Below are positions 15,739 to 28,959 of a stretch of DNA of 64,000 bases, one piece after another. The notes under the pieces were generated by a model that was not told where the DNA came from, did not search any database, and saw only the letters and a list, made by a program, of their open reading frames with translations. Source of the DNA: Eledone cirrhosa (Eukaryota); NCBI GenBank assembly GCA_964016885.1, contig OZ024740.1:42656001-42720000 (forward strand), given 5' to 3'. Every line of letters begins with the position of its first letter. Positions within the stretch are counted from its first letter, which is position 1. The position numbers and the translations under genes are program-made.

Positions 15739-16103
15739 TGTGTTTATGTGTGTATGTGTCTATGTATTTATATGTGTATATGTATGTGTCTCTATATGTA
15801 TGCGTCTGTGTATGTGTATGTGTATTTATATGGTATGTGTATGTATATGTATGTGTATGTATGTGTTTATATATATGTGTATGTATATGTATGTATATGT
15901 ATGTGTGTGTATGCGTGTGTATTTATTTATATGTCTATATGTATGTATATCGATGTATACTTTATATTTTACTTGTTTGTATATATATATATATGTGTGT
16001 ATGTATATGTGTATATATATGTGTGTGTATATATGTGTGTTTATATATGTGTATATATATATGTATATGTATATATATGTGTGTGTGTGTGTGTGTATGT
16101 GTG

Positions 16104-16134
<31 letters not shown>

Positions 16135-16736
16135 TTTCTTGATATATTTCTTTTTTCTTTTTTCTTTTTCTTTTCTTTTTATTTCTAAGTTTATAGATAC
16201 ATCTATAAATAGGCAGTCTGCCGAAACCGTTGAATACTGACCTCTCCCCCCCTCCCACCTAATTTCTGTATCTGGATCTAGATGTGTGTGGCAGTGTTTA
16301 TGTGCGTGCATTAATGTCCATATGCTTATGATAATACTATATGCACATATATATGTGTGTGGGGGTGTGTGTATGTATGTTCGTAGTTATGTGTATGTTT
16401 ATGCATATACGCGCGTGTGTGTGTGAGTGTACGAATATGTATGAGTATATGAATGTGTGTATACATTTATTTCATATTTATGTGTCTATACGCATTTTAT
16501 CTGTGGATTATAAACTTACAGAGACATTAGCCTTGAATTTTTGTATTTGCATACATCTTTTTGGCATGCGTATGCATGTGAACATATATCTTTATGTAAA
16601 TATGTGTACGAAGTTAATTACATGTATATACACACACCAAACTGCATAACATTTTTTGTATTTTCATTGGTCAATTTGAAATCTGTTCCCAAACGGACCT
16701 GAAATTTTGAATTGTTGTTATTATCAATAAATATAT

Positions 16737-16891
16737 TTCATTATTTCTGAAGACGGCATATATATGTGTTTGGTATGTATATTTAATTTTGATAGTTTGT
16801 ATAATTTTGTATAATTTTGTACATAGATCTGTTGAATATGCATGCCAATTCTAACACATATATATCCTAGAAACGATCGTTAAATAATGAA
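16737..16891 (+). ncRNA. Type I hammerhead ribozyme with ~116-nt stem II and palindromic stem III
   Basis: Stem I TTCATTATTT/AAATAATGAA (10 bp perfect); CTGAAGA 16747-16753; GAAA 16870-16873; C-GATC-G then TT, predicted cleavage after 16881; stem II has a 13-bp perfect helix and a 16-bp helix with three G-U pairs. Confidence 0.8.
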
Positions 16892-16945
16892 CTTTTTTTG
16901 TTTAATATAAGGAACTGTTTCATTGTTTTATTCATTATTTTTTTA

Positions 16946-16987
<42 letters not shown>

Positions 16988-17089
16988 AAAAGGTAGTAAG
17001 GTTGTATACAAAACAGGGGTTATAGAGGAAAGGTGGAATTAGAAATAGTACGGAAAATATATTCAAGGAACCGCCCTCCCTCCTTGCAT

Positions 17090-17305
17090 CCTTGACTCGT
17101 CAAAGCAACATTAAGAGCGTCAGACACTATGCTTTGCAGTATAGAGTTATGAGCTTTTACGTTCTGAGATCAAATCCCGCCGAGGTTAGCTTTGCCTTTC
17201 ATTCTTACGGGGTCGATAAAATAAAGTACCAGTAACGCACTGGGGTCGATTTAATCGACTTTCCTCTTCCCCCAATTGTTGGCCTTGTGCATGAATGAGA
17301 AACCA
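17090..17305 (+). mobile_element. Major tRNA-derived SINE
   Basis: GTTCTGAGATCAAATCCCGCCGAGG...GGGGTCGATAAAATAAAGTACCAGT...GGCCTTGTGC. Confidence 0.85.
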
Positions 17306-17554
17306 TTACTTAAATTGTAACAAATGTAGGCTATAATGTAGATAGCTTTAATATCCGCCGGCGGATAAAGAAAAGGGCATAAAATATAACACAACACATT
17401 GATTACATGTGAAGAGGGTAAATTAAAGCTATCTACATTCTAGCCTAAATCTGTTTCAATTTTAGTAATGTTGCTTTGACGAGTCATGGAGGAAAGGAGG
17501 AAGGGCGGATCCTTGAATATATTTTCCGTGCTATTCCCAATTCGACCTCCCCCA

Positions 17555-17602
<48 letters not shown>

Positions 17603-17604
17603 CC

Positions 17605-17659
<55 letters not shown>

Positions 17660-17661
<2 letters not shown>

Positions 17662-18130
17662 GTTTTGCGACGTTTTTCATATGAAATCGTGTGTCGAAAC
17701 AAATATTGTTATACTTGGGGAGGGTCATATTTGTGTAATATTGCCAGAATTAATAACAGAACACACTCACTGTTTGGTTGGTTTTCGCTTCTCGCTTCTG
17801 TGTCTTTTATATCGGTAATCTAATTTACTCGGTCATCAATGTTGCCATTGACTGACCGACGGTCAAAAATAATACAGATACAATATATACACAAACACAT
17901 ATATATAGTTTATCATAAATCTTTCGTTGCACATCTGCAACATCGTCAGTGGTTCTATTGTTTCCTCATGTTGAATTGTATGGCTACGCCATTTTTATTC
18001 AGTCTGTTTATATATTTATTTATTTATTTGCTTGTTTGTTTATTTCATTTTGTCTTCTTTGCGCATGCGTTTGCGTGTGTGTATAGTGTTTTGTTTGATG
18101 TGTGATGTGTGTTCGTGATTGGGTGACTAA
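17660..18130 (-). mobile_element. PLE pseudo-LTR with hammerhead motif (17912-17953)
   Basis: Minus strand CTGACGA-T-GTTGCA-gatg-TGCAAC-GAAA-GATT-TA; tail matches 61870-61990 and 63608-63670. Confidence 0.7.
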
Positions 18131-19532
18131 TGTGTGTTTATGTGTTTGTTGTTATTGTGCTTGTGTATGTATTTATTTATTTATTTATTTATTTATTTTA
18201 TTTTATTTTATTTACTTATTTGTACTTCTGTATTAATTTTCCGTTCTTTACTTTTACTTCGTACGATCTTTCCTGTAGCTTGTATAAGACTTTTTGCTTC
18301 GTGGCGGTACCCTTAGAGTTAGCACGAGTATTTTTTTGCAGGACCCCGAATTATATTCTCATACTAGTTTACTTTCTTGCACTGGGTGGTTGCTGGCCCT
18401 GTGATTGGGGTAGAAACCTTTATTATTTCGTGGTAGTCTCTTTAGTATTTCGCGCCCCCCCCCCCTTTGTTGACCCGTCACCGTACGATACACGCACCTA
18501 TACCTCGTATAAGGGGCCCTTTATCTCCGTCCCACCTAGTTTATTTGTATTTCTTCATTATATGTTTTATTTATTTATCTATTCTTTTATTCACTTATTT
18601 GTTTACCTATTTATTTATGTATTTCTTTAGCCTAGCAATAGCGAGAGACTTAAGTCTTAGTAACCAGACTTCGCTTATTTTTTTTCTCTCTCAGTACTTT
18701 TTATAGTTTTACCCTGCATTGTTCTACTTACCGTTTCGACTTCCTCCCCCTCCCCCTCCCCAGTAGCCTCTTTGACCTCACACCCAGCTGTAGCCGGCAC
18801 TACCAACGCATGAATGGGTCTACTCCACCCCCTCTCCCTTTTTCGCCTACCGGCAGGTTCAGCTACCTCTTCCCCCACCAATTTGCCATCACAGATTTAC
18901 TACTAACTTGTGATGTGACCAATCCTGGTGATTATCTCTTTGACCGTATATGGAATTACCCCTTGATAAGCTCGGCTATTTAAATACCAGAATAAATTTT
19001 CATTCAGTCCAGAATTAGCCGTCGAAACGGCTTGAGCTCAGCCGTCGGGGTCTTACTTGTTCCTATATATATATATATATATATGAGTTGCAGAAACCCA
19101 ATACTGGATTTTACCAACCTTCCAGGGGTCCGGGTATAATTTTCAGTCATATTTTATTGTTTGACCCGAATTACTTGGTCGTTTCTATGGCTGTGCGGAT
19201 AATGGTTTAACCATAGTCTCAGTGTGTTTGGTCTTTTAACTTATGTTGTTGCTCTAGTTCACTAGCTTCTCTGGAGCGCTCGCCACACATCTCGGAAGTT
19301 GTTTTTCGCTAATTTCCAATAGCCGAAATACGATTCTCGCTAATTTATATTTATATATATATATATATATTATTTTTATTTTTGCGTATATGTTGGGTGT
19401 TTACCGACACCTCAGTATGCAGATTGGACTACTCGACGAAGTACGCAGGTTGGTTTGTTTATTCCGGAGTAATGTAAAATAAGTAAGTCAAACATGTAAA
19501 ATTGGCCTCATTTATTATAAATTATAATTTTC

Positions 19533-19585
19533 TGCTATATATATATTTCGGTGACAGCTATTATTGGCTGTGAGCCCTTCAGGCA
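19533..19585 (-). ncRNA. Degenerate hammerhead (CTGAAGG, A9 lost), family of 49018-49074 and 52400-52455
   Basis: CTGAAGG-GCTCACAGCC...AGCTGTCACC-GAAA-TATATATATA-GCAG on the minus strand. Confidence 0.5.
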
Positions 19586-20384
19586 CTCCGTATATATATA
19601 TGGTGGATAATCTTATGTATATAGAGAGAGGAGGGAAAGAAGGAGAGGGTTGGAAAGAAGAGAGAAAGCGAGAGTGGGAAAGAGTGTGTGTATGTGTTGA
19701 ATGTTAGAGTGTGAAACCACGTGTGTGTGTGTGTGTGTGTAAGCTAGAGTATTGCACATAAAACGTGATGTGCCGACTGTGTAATAAAAAGTGTGTTTCA
19801 GTTCCCTGACTGCAAATTGTCACAGATCCACAGTCGATTAAGTTTCCGCTAATACTTGAATGGTATTGTCTTTTATCAATCCAGAAAGAATGAAAGATAA
19901 TGTTCACATGTGCGGGATTTGAACACAGAATTTAAAATGTTGGAATAAATATTGCCAATTATTTTGACCGACACTCTAATGATTCTGTCAACTTATTCCC
20001 ATCAATGGGGGGGATTCCAGATAAATATTTGGACGATTAAGTTACACAGAGGTTTTAGTCAGGGAACAAAATAATTATTAATTATCTCCACTCGTGCATT
20101 ACCCCAGTAAATTAAAAAATTGTATTTTACCTAATTTGGTAATTTATCTAATTAAGTACTATCAATAGGTTCAGCCGACAGAGAAATCGCCATGTTAACT
20201 TATATAAATACAACATAATTATATAACATAGCAAATATAATATGTCTATAAAATGAAGTCGTCAGAAATTTAGCGTTTTTAATAATAGTTCTACTTTTGA
20301 CACAAGGCCAGCAATTAGCCATTGCATTACTGGTACTTTATTTATTCAGCGTTATTAATAATGTTATAACTTCATTGTAGTTAA

Positions 20385-20580
20385 AGTTGGCTGGTGGATT
20401 GGCAGTATCGGTATAGGGTCTGACGCCATGCTTTGTAGCAAAGAGTTACGGCCCTTTATGTTCTGAGTTCAAATGCCTTCAAGATTAACTTTGCCTTACA
20501 TCCTTACGGGGTCGATAAAATAAAGTACCAGTAATGTACTGGGATAATTGCAGGCCTTGTGCCAAAAGTAGAAACAATTA
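20385..20580 (+). mobile_element. Major SINE (further copies or fragments at ~20288-20345, 20822-20990, 21815-22025, 24575-24740)
   Basis: GGTGGATTGGCAGTATCGGTA...GTTCTGAGTTCAAAT...GGGGTCGATAAAATAAAGTACCAGT. Confidence 0.85.
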
Positions 20581-22198
20581 TAGTTATAAGTTATAAGCCG
20601 TGAAATCTGAAGATAAATTGTAAGCGAATCCGTGCAATTATTAGTCCTGTGTTTTGTTTATTGATCTCAATATTCCTTTTCTAATGAAGCTCTTAACAGT
20701 TGAGTAAATTATTAAGATTTCTATTGAAAAGGCATAATACACAATCTTACAGTGAAGTAAGTGTAGCTCAGAGATCCCTATCTGATTCTAGGAACATATT
20801 ATAGATCTGTATATATGATAAGGCGGCGAATTGGGAGAGTCGTTAGAACGTCGGATAGAATGATTTGCAGTATTCGTGTCGGTTATGTACACTCTGAGTT
20901 CAAATAACGCCTAGGTCAACTTTGCTTTTCATCTATTCGAGGTCGATAGAAAAGATACCAGTCTAGTACTAGAGTCGATTATTTTCCTATATCTTGTTCT
21001 CATTTCCATTCTCTCAATCTTTGTCCTTCTCTGGAAAAAAATCTGCTGTATTCAGACCTGGAAAGGAGATGGGCTCCCCCACATTTTATAAAACCCTAGA
21101 TACACAGTATGTCAATCGGACGTTCCTACGACTCCCTCAGGAGTTACTGGACCATGGATGCATATATGTTTGTCAAAATTAAATTAGTGAGCTTTGAACT
21201 AAAGACGTTTACGAGATTATATATGGTAAGACACTTAGTTTTGCGCGGTACCATTTCTGGCTATTTAAGTTACATTTAAAATATTGGTTTCCTTTTCTCA
21301 TTCTTACGCGTTAAATTAAATCTGCCAGTTAAATTGTGACAGTTATGTTCTTCTAAATTTGGCAAAATGCAAACCATTAGTAGGGGAAGTTTATAGTTTG
21401 TTCATTCGACTGCAAACATGATGAATACAAAACTTTAACCAAGCTGTGGTCAGAAACAGGACTTAAAGAGATGTATCTAAAAGCTAAAGTAGGCATTCTG
21501 CCATTTATCCAATACATTAACAAGAAAACTTTCATTATTAACGAGCCAACGAGGGAGTGTTAATTCTGTCAGCTGGCCTGCTAAAAAAGAAGCCTTATTC
21601 CTTCAACTTTCAATCAATTGTTTTAAACATCGAACGGTCCATTGAACAATATATCGAAATGTAGTCAAGTATAATCCAAAAAGTGACTTGTGTTGCAGAG
21701 AAGTTTGATTATTGAACTGTTTTATCAATACTGCTTGCAGCTAAGCAACAAAAAATATTTAATAGCTATTACTAAACAACGATATTATTCAATACTTTAT
21801 ATATTTCTTAAGATGAAGGATTGACAGAATTAAGGAAGCGTTGGATAAAATGTCAGTGTAGTATTTGTTGTATTTTTTTACTTTCTGAATTCAAATTCCA
21901 CCGAGGTCAATTTTGCCTTTCAGTTTTCCAGGGTCAATAAAATACAGTACCAGTCAAATACTAGGGTTGATTTAATCAATGCTTTCCTTCCCTACAAATT
22001 TGCTAGCATTGTTTCAAAATTAGAATATTTTATATATTTCTAATGTCGTTATATGGGACAATTCTATTTTAATGACAAAACAGAAGTAACGTGTACGAGA
22101 AGGGGTAGGGTGGGAAGGAGGTATATGGGGTATTTTGTCGAGTGCAGTTTAAAAAAAAAAAAGGGAAATAATTTTTAGCCTCTGGCATTAATACTGGC

Positions 22199-22600
22199 TT
22201 ATGGTATTTGAAAGTTTTTGTGCATGCAATTCGGGCAGTGTTCAGAGGGTTTGTTCAGTAGCGGGCCCTTGGCGAATAATATTTCGTAGCTCTCTGAGAT
22301 ACAAATGTCGTAGCACTTGTGTTCTCCATTGTATGAGCGCGCTTTCTCGAGTATTTTCCATTTAAGCGCGAAAAGCGTGGAGGTCCTTTTGAGGTCCCAA
22401 ACATAGGAGGCGAGTATTGTCTGATTTGGTTCGGCCGGTCTTCTGAAAGAGTGGGTATGGGCATACCACCGGGTCTTAAAATTATTGGAAAATATGCCGA
22501 TGTAAGTCTTTTTGTTGTTGCTATCATCGGTGCCTGAGATGACATCGCATTTGTATACGATGTGGCACTCCAATTTGAACTTGTTTATATAATTCTTTCT
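22199..22600 (-). pseudogene. PLE GIY-YIG endonuclease fragment
   Basis: IVYKCDV...KTYIGIFSNNFKTRWYAHTHSF...LASYVWDLK...WKILEKARSYNGEHKCYDICISESYEILFAKGPLLNKPSEHCPNCMHK. Confidence 0.88.
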
Positions 22601-22999
22601 GCCTTTGTCACTCTAAATATAAATGATAGCTTTAAAGAATTAGCTTTTAATGAATTCCCTTTTCTTTCAACCAATGACCTCCACTCATCCCACTCCCCAC
22701 CCTCTCCTACCACTAGAAAAGATATAAATACCACCATATTTACTTGGACAGTCAATTTGCTGATGATTTCTCACGAATGAAACAGTTCTAGTCATGTAGA
22801 ATCTCTTCTATATTAAAACTTTTATACTCTGCAAGCGAGTTTGAAAATTAGAAATAGAAGCTTTCGCCGTATTTCTGACTAAAAAGATTTTAGTCCGATA
22901 GTGGGAGTTTAGAACCCTCAAAGAACTGGAAAAAGATGACTATTGACGTACATGTACCGTCAATACTCATCTACTATTTCTAATTATATATATATTATT

Positions 23000-23180
23000 T
23001 ATGTCAGGTCGCTCTCGAGTGCTACTGGTAAGATGTAACCCAGTACAACCTGTCTCATAGCCGGGTCGTCGGCGACTAAATCGACTGCTTGGTGAAGAGG
23101 GTGAAATTTGGACATCCTGTGGAATGAAATACAAGACCCGGCAAAGGGCGGAGAAACTCAGCAGAGTCAATGGCCATCCA
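23000..23180 (+). mobile_element. Fragment of the RTE-like family also seen at 12620-12735 (probable 5' end)
   Basis: CTGTCTCAT.G.CGGGTCGT.GGCGACTAAA...CTTGGTGA.GAGGGTGA..TTTGGACATCCTG shared. Confidence 0.6.
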
Positions 23181-23419
23181 AATATTATTTTTTAATTTCT
23201 TTTATTTAAAAAAAATCTTTTTTGAGGGATGTCGTTGTATTTTCCGTGGCAAACATTTGCACCGAAGATATGTGTCGTCAGTTCCAAAAAGCGTGGTTGG
23301 TCCTACACAAGCCTTCACCACTTAAAACAAAACTTTGTGTGGGTATTCAACATCAGTTCACTTTCTCACATTTAACTTTTGTTGGACACCCACACGTCGG
23401 ATATCGACGGGAGAGTCCA

Positions 23420-23487
<68 letters not shown>

Positions 23488-26400
23488 TAAAACAGATAAC
23501 AAAAACAATAACGAAGAGTGCAGTACAAAGTGTTAGTATTAGGTTCACGCTTGAGAGTCGGAGGTGGGGGACAACGTTTCGGGCATAAGCCCTTCATCTA
23601 GAGAAAAGTGTGAAGGAAAAGAGTTCCGAGGGTGTGAGGTGGAGTGGTGGAGTGGTGGAAAGACATTAAAAGGGAGGGGGAGAAGGGAAGGAAAAAAAAT
23701 TAAAAAGAGGGTAAAAAAAATTAAAATGAAACAAGTGGTGAAAGGGTGTGAGGCGTGTGGTGGTGGTGGTGGGTGGATGGAGAAGGAGAGGGGAGGAGAC
23801 AGAGGGTCCGAGCCGGGAGTGCGGAAGGTGGTGTGTGTAGGTGTAGGTGTGTGTATATTCATATGTAGTTAGCTCCACTAGAAATTAGCAAACCATACTT
23901 GTGTATTGTTTGCTAATTAGTTGTGCAAATAACTGTATACCGAACTCGCCCTTTAGACGGCGTGTTCTGCCATATATATTATAATGATTTTCTCCATCGT
24001 CTATACTTTTACTGGTTCAATAGCTTATTTAGAAACTAAATCTATTGAATTAGTTTGGTTCCAATGTATCTGTTCGGGGGTGGGTATATAATTTGATTGA
24101 TAGGTGGGAGAAACCTATGAAAAAGAGAACTCTGTGATGGCATCTTGGAGCGAAAGCATGGGCTATATTAATGGAGTGGGCTAGAACAGTTTTATATATG
24201 TTATTGTATGTGGTGACCTTATTGGTTGTTATCTATGTTAATGTCTTTTAAGCTAAGTACTTAGTAATATATCATGGTGGCTGGTGTAGTGTATTAATGA
24301 CGTATAGTCCTAAATTTCACTGTCATTTGCTATGGGCCAAATTTAAATATAATATTTAGGTGATATAGAGGGTTTTATATGTGTTTTATTGGGTGTGTAT
24401 GTTGTGTGGGTGTTATGTGTGGGTGTCGTGTGTTGTGTGTTTGTTATGTGCGTATAGAGTAGTGGAGTGTTTCTGGGATAGGTTAATATTTAAATAAATT
24501 AGATGGGTGTGCAGGTATGTTGAGTAAGCGGTTGATTGTTTAGGTGATTTGGAACGGTCTGTTATTGCTGTCATAATATACGAGCGTTTTACGTCCTGAG
24601 TTCAAATCCCGCTAAGGTTAGATTTGCCTTTAATCCTTACAGGGTCGATAAAATAAAGTACCAGTAACGCACTAGGTTCGGTTTACTCGACTATCACCGC
24701 CTCCAAAATTGCTGGCCTTGTGCCTAGATAAAAAACCCATTATATGTGCCTTATTCTACAGGAATATTTCTGTCAATGTAGGTGCAATAGTGTTGTGTAA
24801 TGAGGGTGTATTTTGTATTATGTGTTTAGCCGTGTGTATATACATTCTAGCTCTATTGTTAAGAGTTATATTTGTTGTTGTTTAGGTATGTAGTATCAGT
24901 GTATATGTATGCCCTAATGTGTATGTTAGTCAATGAAAACTATTTTGGCATTAATGTATTTATCCTAAAGTGTAAGTGCATGGATAATATTTTAACACAG
25001 TAGTTGTTTATGTCGTACAGTTTATAGGGGATATCTATATATATTTATGGTAAAGCAGTGAGCTTAGATTTCGTTAATACTGAAGGTGTTTATATTTTTG
25101 AAATAGGTTACATTGAAACATTTCACTATATCTAGGCTGAAATATGATAAAATATTTTTAAAAATCATTAATGAAGAAATGATGTTTCAACCAAATGTAT
25201 TGAATGTCAATTTTGTGGAGAAAACCCTTTGTTAAGTTCATATTTGTCAGTTGAAATAGTGATTTGATAAAGCACTTAGAGGCGGTATAACCTCTGTCAC
25301 GTTACCTTCCTCCGGAGTTTAGCAACAGTAGAAGTCACTCGACACAACTGAATCCTTTCATTTGTTCTAAATTGAATTTATTTCGTTTTTATGCCTTCTA
25401 AACTCAAATAACTTTCATTTCTGCGCGCCACAACAAAACGTTTTTCTTGTATTTCATCTGGTTTCGAAGACATATATGAGAACCATTGTATTAATATGAC
25501 AAGTTTTACCTTCGTAATTGTATTCTTTTCATATTTTCGAACAATTTTTTCCATACAGGTGTGTGACAGCCGCAAGAAATTCCTAAATTTATGAATATCT
25601 TTTTAGCCTTTTTGGCTAAACATCTCATTACAATGTCCGATTTCTCCAAAGAACTTAACTCCATGTTGAGTATTTAGAAATCATATTTCCATTTATGCCA
25701 ATTTGATCTGATTAAGTAAAAATATGTCCGCTTATTGGGATGTTTCTCTTCTATTTCGGGCACGTTTATTATTCACCTTCTGTGATTGCTGGTAATAAAT
25801 AGATTCCGTCATTTTACAGAACCTGATCAGAGACATAATTCACGAAATAGAACTTGCTAAACGCTTTCTAGGAAGCAGAAAAGCACATATTCTCTTCGTA
25901 TAAAGCATAAATGTTTTGCTTTTACTGTCTATTTATTCACGCTATATACTTGCGCTACATTCACAAATAATGTATAATCTTATGAATATTTTCTGAGCAA
26001 TGTTGGTGACAAATAACTCGCTAAGAATAATTAAGGTGTTTCCCATGAAGCACTACATACATGCCTCATTACCGAGTATATATGCAGTGGCAGACAGACA
26101 CATACACTGGCATACATACTCACATTTACACATAAACATACATTGATAAATACACACATACACTGATGTTCATGCACAATGACAGGCACACAGACAAAGA
26201 CATACACATACTGACACGTGCACAGTAACACTAACACACACATACGTTTTGTATGTATGTGTGGATGTGTGGGTGTGAATGTATGTGTGTGTGCACATGT
26301 GTCTCAGTGTGTGATTATAAATACCTGACCATGTATACTTTAAGACAGCATGTTAACACAGCCACTTAAAGCATTTCCTTTTTGTCTGCTTAGCATAATT

Positions 26401-26549
26401 GAACCTTGAAAAAAAAATGTATATGTATATATATACGTGTGTGCGTGTGTGTATGTGTATATGTGAGTGTGATTGTAGACACCTGACCATTTTTGCAGAC
26501 CTCAACATCCTTTTTGAAATTGCCACTCAATGAAAACCCATTGTTTGCT

Positions 26550-26594
<45 letters not shown>

Positions 26595-26595
<1 letters not shown>

Positions 26596-26986
26596 GAGGG
26601 TACCCCAAATGCAAGGTCTCCAAAGCGATAGGGACGCAGAGAAACTGTTCGTACAGCTGTTGGCAGCACTGTTGTGATTGGTGCTTCCTTCACTCCCAAA
26701 TAAGCATGCGCGCGCTTCGCTGGGATGCTCAATCTTAGCTTGGCAGCCGTTGAGAATGGAGCTCCCGATGAACACAACCGTCAAGTGCGAATTTCGCGCA
26801 GTTACTATATAGAGGGCAATCCCAAAAGTAAGGTCTCCTTCCGAGGAAAACATGCGTAAAGATCGGCGGATCACTCTGGATGCTCTCTACATTTTGGTTC
26901 CTGAGGGTTCCCGAAGCACCATACACAGGATTTTAACGGAAAAGTTGCAATATCGGAAAGAGATCTTACTTTTGAGATTGCCCTCG
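26595..26986 (+). mobile_element. Internally deleted mariner element (TA-flanked) with a second internal left TIR at 26811
   Basis: TA-CGAGGGTACCCCAAATGCAAGGTCTC ... GAGATCTTACTTTTGAGATTGCCCTCG-TA; remnants MELPMNTTVKCEFRAV and DRRITLD...SRSTIHRILTEKLQYRK (mariner HTH). Confidence 0.85.
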
Positions 26987-26997
26987 TATATATATAT

Positions 26998-27395
26998 GAG
27001 TTTTTCGAATATTAATAATAACATTCGATTCGTTTGCAATTATGCAAACAAGCCTCAATTTTATAGCCATGTCAATAGAATGTACCCTTCATTCTCGCTC
27101 TTGTGTTGGCATCAGTCACTGTGTATTTTTGAAAATAGCATATATTTTCACTAGCTTTGGCAGTTTGGCAGGTGAACAGTGAGCTGTACTGATGAAGGGT
27201 GATACCCAGGAACATTAGTGTCTGCAGTTCTGTCCACATACCAACACAAGAGCAAGAATGAATGGTTCATTCTATTGACATGGCTATAGAATTGAGGCTT
27301 GTTTGCATAATTGCAAATGAATCGAATGTTATTACTCATATTCGAAAAAACTCAAATTACATTTATTGTATTCAGCCATGTAGAGCAAAAATTTT
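26998..27395. mobile_element. PLE pseudo-LTR fold-back (26998-27112 inverted vs 27241-27355) containing a hammerhead
   Basis: Inverted copies visible directly; same family as 49235-49815. Confidence 0.75.
27181..27230 (+). ncRNA. Type I hammerhead ribozyme (GUC site; A13 mutated to G in this copy)
   Basis: GAGCTGTA-CTGATGA-A-GGGT-gat-ACCC-A-GGAA-CA-ttag-T-GTC-TGCAGTTC; 8-bp stem I. Confidence 0.7.
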
Positions 27396-27907
27396 CTTTT
27401 TTATATATATATGAAATTTAGTAGAAATAGAAGCTTATATAAGAATATATATATATATATATATATACAGAGAGGGGGGGGGGGTGAGAGAGAAAGTGAG
27501 AGAGTGAAATTTAACAATATACTGTATGTTTATATGATGGATTCTTATAGAATTCCAATTATGTTTATGAAGTGTTGAAACTCATTTGCATACAGAGCGG
27601 TTTCCGGTCCAGCATCAATTAGAAATTTGTATTGGTCTAGGTATTGACGTTCGTCATTACCTTAAAATTCATAGCCACAGGCATTCGAAATGTTTTAAAA
27701 TAAACATAGAGTATATTGTTAAATATACAATAAGTTAATTCATATGTATATCGCTATTTCAGAGCACCAACACACACATACACAAAACGCCAGCACCAAC
27801 AGTTTTGTAAGAGATGTCAACATGAATGGACCTGTTATTTTTATCTAAAGACATTTTTTTCAATTTCAACCCGCCTGTCCCCTCAATCTATCTTATTTCT
27901 CATTCTT

Positions 27908-27943
27908 TCTTCTGATGAAGGACTAGCGTCCGAAACGTCAAGA
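27908..27943 (+). ncRNA. Minimal type I hammerhead (dimer type, ACGT palindrome)
   Basis: TCTT-CTGATGA-A-GGAC-tagc-GTCC-GAAAC-GTC-AAGA. Confidence 0.8.
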
Positions 27944-28094
27944 CCCTCTTCCTGCTATATCAGGCGTTAACTTAATATATACCTTAAATATACTGTACCG
28001 ATTGTGTTGTTATTTCTGTTTATCTTTTACATACATACATATATATATATTTATATATATATTTATTAAAATAACAGATTAAAGTTTATTATTT

Positions 28095-28275
28095 TGGCAG
28101 TATCGGTAGAGGGTCGGACGCCATGCTTTGCAGCATAGAGTGACGGCCCTTTATGGTCTGTATTCAAATCCCGCCAAGGTTAACTTTGCCTTTCATCCTT
28201 ACGGGGTCGATAAGATAAAGTACGAGTAATACACTGGAATAATTTCTGGCCTCGTGCCCAAAGTAGAAACAATTA
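28095..28275 (+). mobile_element. Major SINE
   Basis: TTGGCAGTATCGGTAGAGGGTCGGACGCC...TTCAAATCCCGCCAAGG...GGGGTCGATAA. Confidence 0.85.
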
Positions 28276-28314
28276 TTATTACTATATATATATATATGTA
28301 TATATAAAGATAAA

Positions 28315-28550
28315 GACCCTCTTCGGTCACGATTGACCGCAGGATTTGCATCAAGTTGCCCTCCACGTACAAGTCCAGGCAAGATTGTTTGTAAAAAACC
28401 ACCAGTCGCCCATGTATACCAGTCTCCCTTCTCCACGTCACCGGTGTTGTCCAAGGAACAGCTTGGCAACGGTGACATTGCAACCCATTTCTATAGCTGA
28501 GTAAACTGAAGCAACGTGAAATAAAGTGTTTTGCTGGAGAACACAACATA
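28315..28550 (-). mobile_element. Second SINE family (relative at ~58410-58540)
   Basis: ATTTCTA.AGCTGAGTAAACTG.AGCAACGTGAAATAAA shared between the copies. Confidence 0.65.
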
Positions 28551-28959
28551 AATATATATATACATGCATCCAAAGTGGAGGGAACATTGTACTGTGGGGT
28601 AAAAGGTCTAAAATAATTTACCGGCTTTTCGTCCCTGTTCTGAAATCTCGGGTTATCTGTCCTTAGATATTTAGGATTTGTCATGCAAGTGACACATAGA
28701 TTAAGAATGACTATTTTGCAAAACATAATTAGATTTGATAATTCAATTCTATTACATATACTTTTCTGAACAAATCCTACATAGTCCGGTAGACATGCAA
28801 TATAAAATATAACTTCTTCAAGAGTGAGAAAGCGTAGCTATACTTGTTTATGTACTTGGTTGTTTTTACTGATTATTTTCTTATTGATGAATAAATGAAT
28901 AAACTAATATATGTCTAACAACATGTCGTTCGTCAGACATTTATTTTCGAGTGAAGAAG

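Noticed and set aside
18960-19045. Possible variant hammerhead TTGATAA...CGGCTA/TAGCCG-TC-GAAAC
   Set aside because: Core deviates at several invariant positions and stem III/stem I cannot be formed; also not supported in the 29-kb copies
23900-25250. GT-skewed region possibly an old minus-strand PLE body upstream of the weak hammerhead at 23570
   Set aside because: No continuous translatable motif could be recovered by eye
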